Below, one piece after another: positions 61,201 to 64,000 of a stretch of 64,000 nucleotides of DNA. Below the pieces are notes generated by a model. That model ran no database searches and was not told the DNA's origin. It saw only the letters and a program-made list of their open reading frames with translations. The stretch covers positions 124,001 through 188,000 of the forward strand of contig DF237041.1 in the NCBI GenBank assembly GCA_000708835.1, written 5' to 3'. The stretch comes from Klebsormidium nitens. Lineage: Eukaryota > Plantae > Klebsormidiophyceae. Position numbers and translations under genes: made by a program. The stretch's first letter is position 1. Each line of letters starts with the position of its first letter.

Positions 61201-64000
61201 CTTGGGCCAGACTCGTGCTGCGTTCTTATCGACCTTGAAAGCTGTACATCCTTCGAATTTCGGCACTGCTTCTTCATAGTGCTGGCACCTGAAGCCCGCT
61301 TTCATGCAGACTGATTCTTGGTCGAGGGACCATTTCGCAAGTGCCCTCTTCAACCTCGACACCCTAAAAGCTGTCCCCCAATCTGCAATTTTCCATGCTC
61401 ACGAGTGCTGACTCCGTGAGCTGCCCCCAATTCGCATCTTGATCCTAGGACTATCAACCGTTTCCCTGTCTGTGCAGCCACGCCCCGAGCCGCTCCCCCG
61501 TCTTTTCCTGCGGCACCAGCGCCGGCGCCTGCGCCAGCACCTGCTCCTGCTCCCCCCCAGCCTCCAGTCGTCCGACCGGCGCCGCCTGCCCCCCAGGCTC
61601 AGCCACCGGAAGCCCGGCGCACGGTCGTCGAGCAGGCATGGGCGGAGGCCGTCAAAATCAGGTGAGCGATTATTTCTAGGGGTTGTGGATTGCCGAATAT
61701 ATGAGCGTTTGCAGACTCCGTGTTGGGCTGCAATCATCAAGATAGCTGATGTCCTTATTTAGATGGGGAGGGCCAACGACTTCCTTGGCTTCAGTAGTAT
61801 TGAGCGCGCGTAAGCTGAGGCTGCCAATCGAAGTTGAAAAAATGTGTTCTTCTGTGTTGGAAGGCTTCTACGCGAAAAGGTCGATCGGCTGCCAAGTACA
61901 CACATGGACTGTCCCACCCATGCTTAACGATGGAAGGAAAATTGCGAACTTTGACCGTCGTGCGCCTTTCTGTGAAGAACGGATAACGAGACTGAGAACT
62001 GGGAAGCTCCTGGTTCCCCGTGTAAATTTCTCCAAATTACATCCACCCTTTTGGGCTTGCGTTCAGCAAATCGATTTTGGATGTCTCTCTACAGGACGGA
62101 CCACGAGAAGGAGAAGCGGCGCGAGGAGCGTAAGCTGCGCAAGCAAGAGAAGGTGGAGCGGGAACAAGAGCTGGAGCGCCTCCACGTGGCCCGAGCAGCC
62201 GCTAAGCAACGGAAGGCCGAGGTGAGTGGCGTCTCGCCATCCTAGTTCATTTCACGGCACCAGTGTGGAATCTCCTCACGAGTTGGGTGATCACCCGGTT
62301 CAATGGAGATCCTGCAAGATGCCTGCCTAGTTTTTCTCAAAACCACAGCGATGTCAATCCGGAAATGTGGTCGGAAAAGGGGTAAGGGGGCTCGTTTGTT
62401 GAGTTGTCGTGTTTTATGAAATGTCGGACCAAGTGTTGAGCATCCCCGCTGCATGAACAGTCTGCACGCGATGACGGTGTTCAGCTTCGCCTCGTACCGC
62501 TCCTCTGTTGGTCACTCACCAGTGCCTCGAGGCCGGGTAATTTCCTGGGCCTTTTATAAAGAGACGCCTGAGGCGGCAGCACATACAACCTTACCACTGC
62601 TGTTTCACTAGATATCGTGAAAAGAGGGCACTAGAAGCAGCACACACCAAACTATATTCTGCTGCTCTACCGGAATATCGTAAGAAGACGCCATATACAG
62701 CAGCACACAGATAAGCTCTGCTGCCCAACAGGAAAAGGCGCGGCGTCACAAGGAGCGCAAGGAACGCGAAGAGAGCGAGAGAACGCGCCTGGCGTCGCAA
62801 GCGTCGCAGCGGGTCGACGACGAGAGCCGGGCGAAAGTGGTTGCAGAGGATGAGCAGATACCCCTGCGACCGGAAACCAGGGCGGTAATCGTAGAGGACA
62901 TGGATGTGGATGGAGCGAACGGTGTGGAGGGCGATGTGAATGGGCTCCGGGAAGGTGTGAATGGCCTCGGGGTAGGTGTAAACGGGCTCGGCGAAGGAGT
63001 TGGAGAAGACTCCGAGGACGAGCCCCTGGTTAGGAAGCGGAAAGCAAGGCCGGAATCGGCATCGACCGGGGCGGACGGAGTTCGGGACGCAAACCGGAAC
63101 GGAATTTTTGAGCGAGGCGGGGGAGCGGGGCCTACGGGACGTGATCCCGAGGACGAGCCGATCCGGAGAGGCAAGCTTCGGAAAGTGGCGGAACTGGGAG
63201 AGGCGGAACGGAAAGACGGAAAGGTTTCGGACGGAGTCTCCAAGCTAGAAAGAGGCGAAACGAACGGGGTAAAGGGAGTGTCGGGAAAGGAGCAAAGCAA
63301 CGGGCTCGTGGGGCATGGTACAGGAGAGAAGCGGAAGGCGGAAGCTAAGGATACAGAAAGGGGAGACGGTGCCGGGGGTGGGTTAAGTTTGGGAATAGGG
63401 GGTGGGTTTTGGGTGGGTTTAGAAACGGCTTCAGGGGCAGGGACAGGTTTGAATTTGGGTTTGGGGACTGATTCCGGTGCGGCGAACGGTTCAAAGGCGG
63501 GGACGGTTCCGGTTGAGAATGAACAAAGGAAAAGGCAAAAAGTGAACGTCGTTGACCTGGCAAGTTCCGAGGAGGAAGCGGTTCACGGTGAAATGGAAAA
63601 CGAGGCCGATGCAAAGAGGAGGGCGGAAAAGGGGAAGGCCAAAGTGGAAGAAGATTCCGAGATGGAAGCGGGCGGAACGACGCAAATGGGAACGGAGACG
63701 GAACAAGACGGAACGGGGATGGTTGTTGAAGAGGGCGGAACAGGACAAACAGAAACGGAAACGGAAGAGGGCGGAACGGAAAAGGAAGCGGAAACGAGGA
63801 GAGCGATCGTGGCAGACGATGATCCGAGGGAGGTCTTGGCGGGGCGGGCAAAGCGGAAACTGCGGCGGTTGGTCGATATTCTAAAGAGTGCGACGGCTCT
63901 TACGAAGGAAGAAGCGCTGGCGGAGGAGGCCTCTCCAGACGGGCCGCGAGAGCCGCCGTTTCTGCGCCCTGCAAAGACTGCCCCTGGTGTGAAAACAACC
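58250..64000 (+). CDS. J-domain (DnaJ class C) protein with zinc ribbon, of the plant family that usually ends in DUF3444; exons 58250-58594, 59448-60894, 61478-61661, 62095-62221, 62732->64000; 3' end outside the window
   Basis: NREEAARAREIALQKMAEKDWEGAKRIWLKAQRLCPDLDGI N-terminus, DYYGIL...YKKRAFQLHPDKNQ|QPGAEAAFKILGEAYETLKDEQKRSKYD (HPD intact), then CKCPSC...YCKC. Phases join and the frame is open to the window end. Confidence 0.88.

Overview
Gene-dense, intron-rich eukaryotic nuclear DNA of a streptophyte green alga or plant-lineage organism. The protein repertoire and splice style suggest Klebsormidium-like DNA, but this is inference. By hand-splicing GT-AG exons I recognise, in order: the 3' end of coatomer zeta (+), OHP2 (-), a 13-exon GH20 beta-hexosaminidase (+), an Em-like group-1 LEA (-), a PLAC8/PCR protein (-), VDAC (-), a CHCHD2/Mix17-like protein (+), a YIP4/YIPF6-like Yip1 protein (-), an unresolved orphan gene region (+), a ~1,400-aa low-complexity protein with an EAR-like motif (+), a Filamin-CCCH-RRM-RS protein (-), and a J-domain/zinc-ribbon protein running off the window end (+). 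Non-genic items are a 623-bp MITE with 37-bp TIRs and a possible CTG target duplication, a 2-kb GTAC-rich block beside an assembly gap, and AT/CATG-rich relics between convergent genes. The most unusual signal is a set of 'exon-edge echoes'. These are stacked, decaying 94-165-bp tandem copies of splice junctions (splice site plus exon end) around hexosaminidase exons 10 and 11, with a single copy in the CHCH gene. I found no prokaryote-type system, CRISPR array, tRNA or rRNA. Nothing here is demonstrated to be a new biological system; the echo arrays are the best candidate for follow-up.
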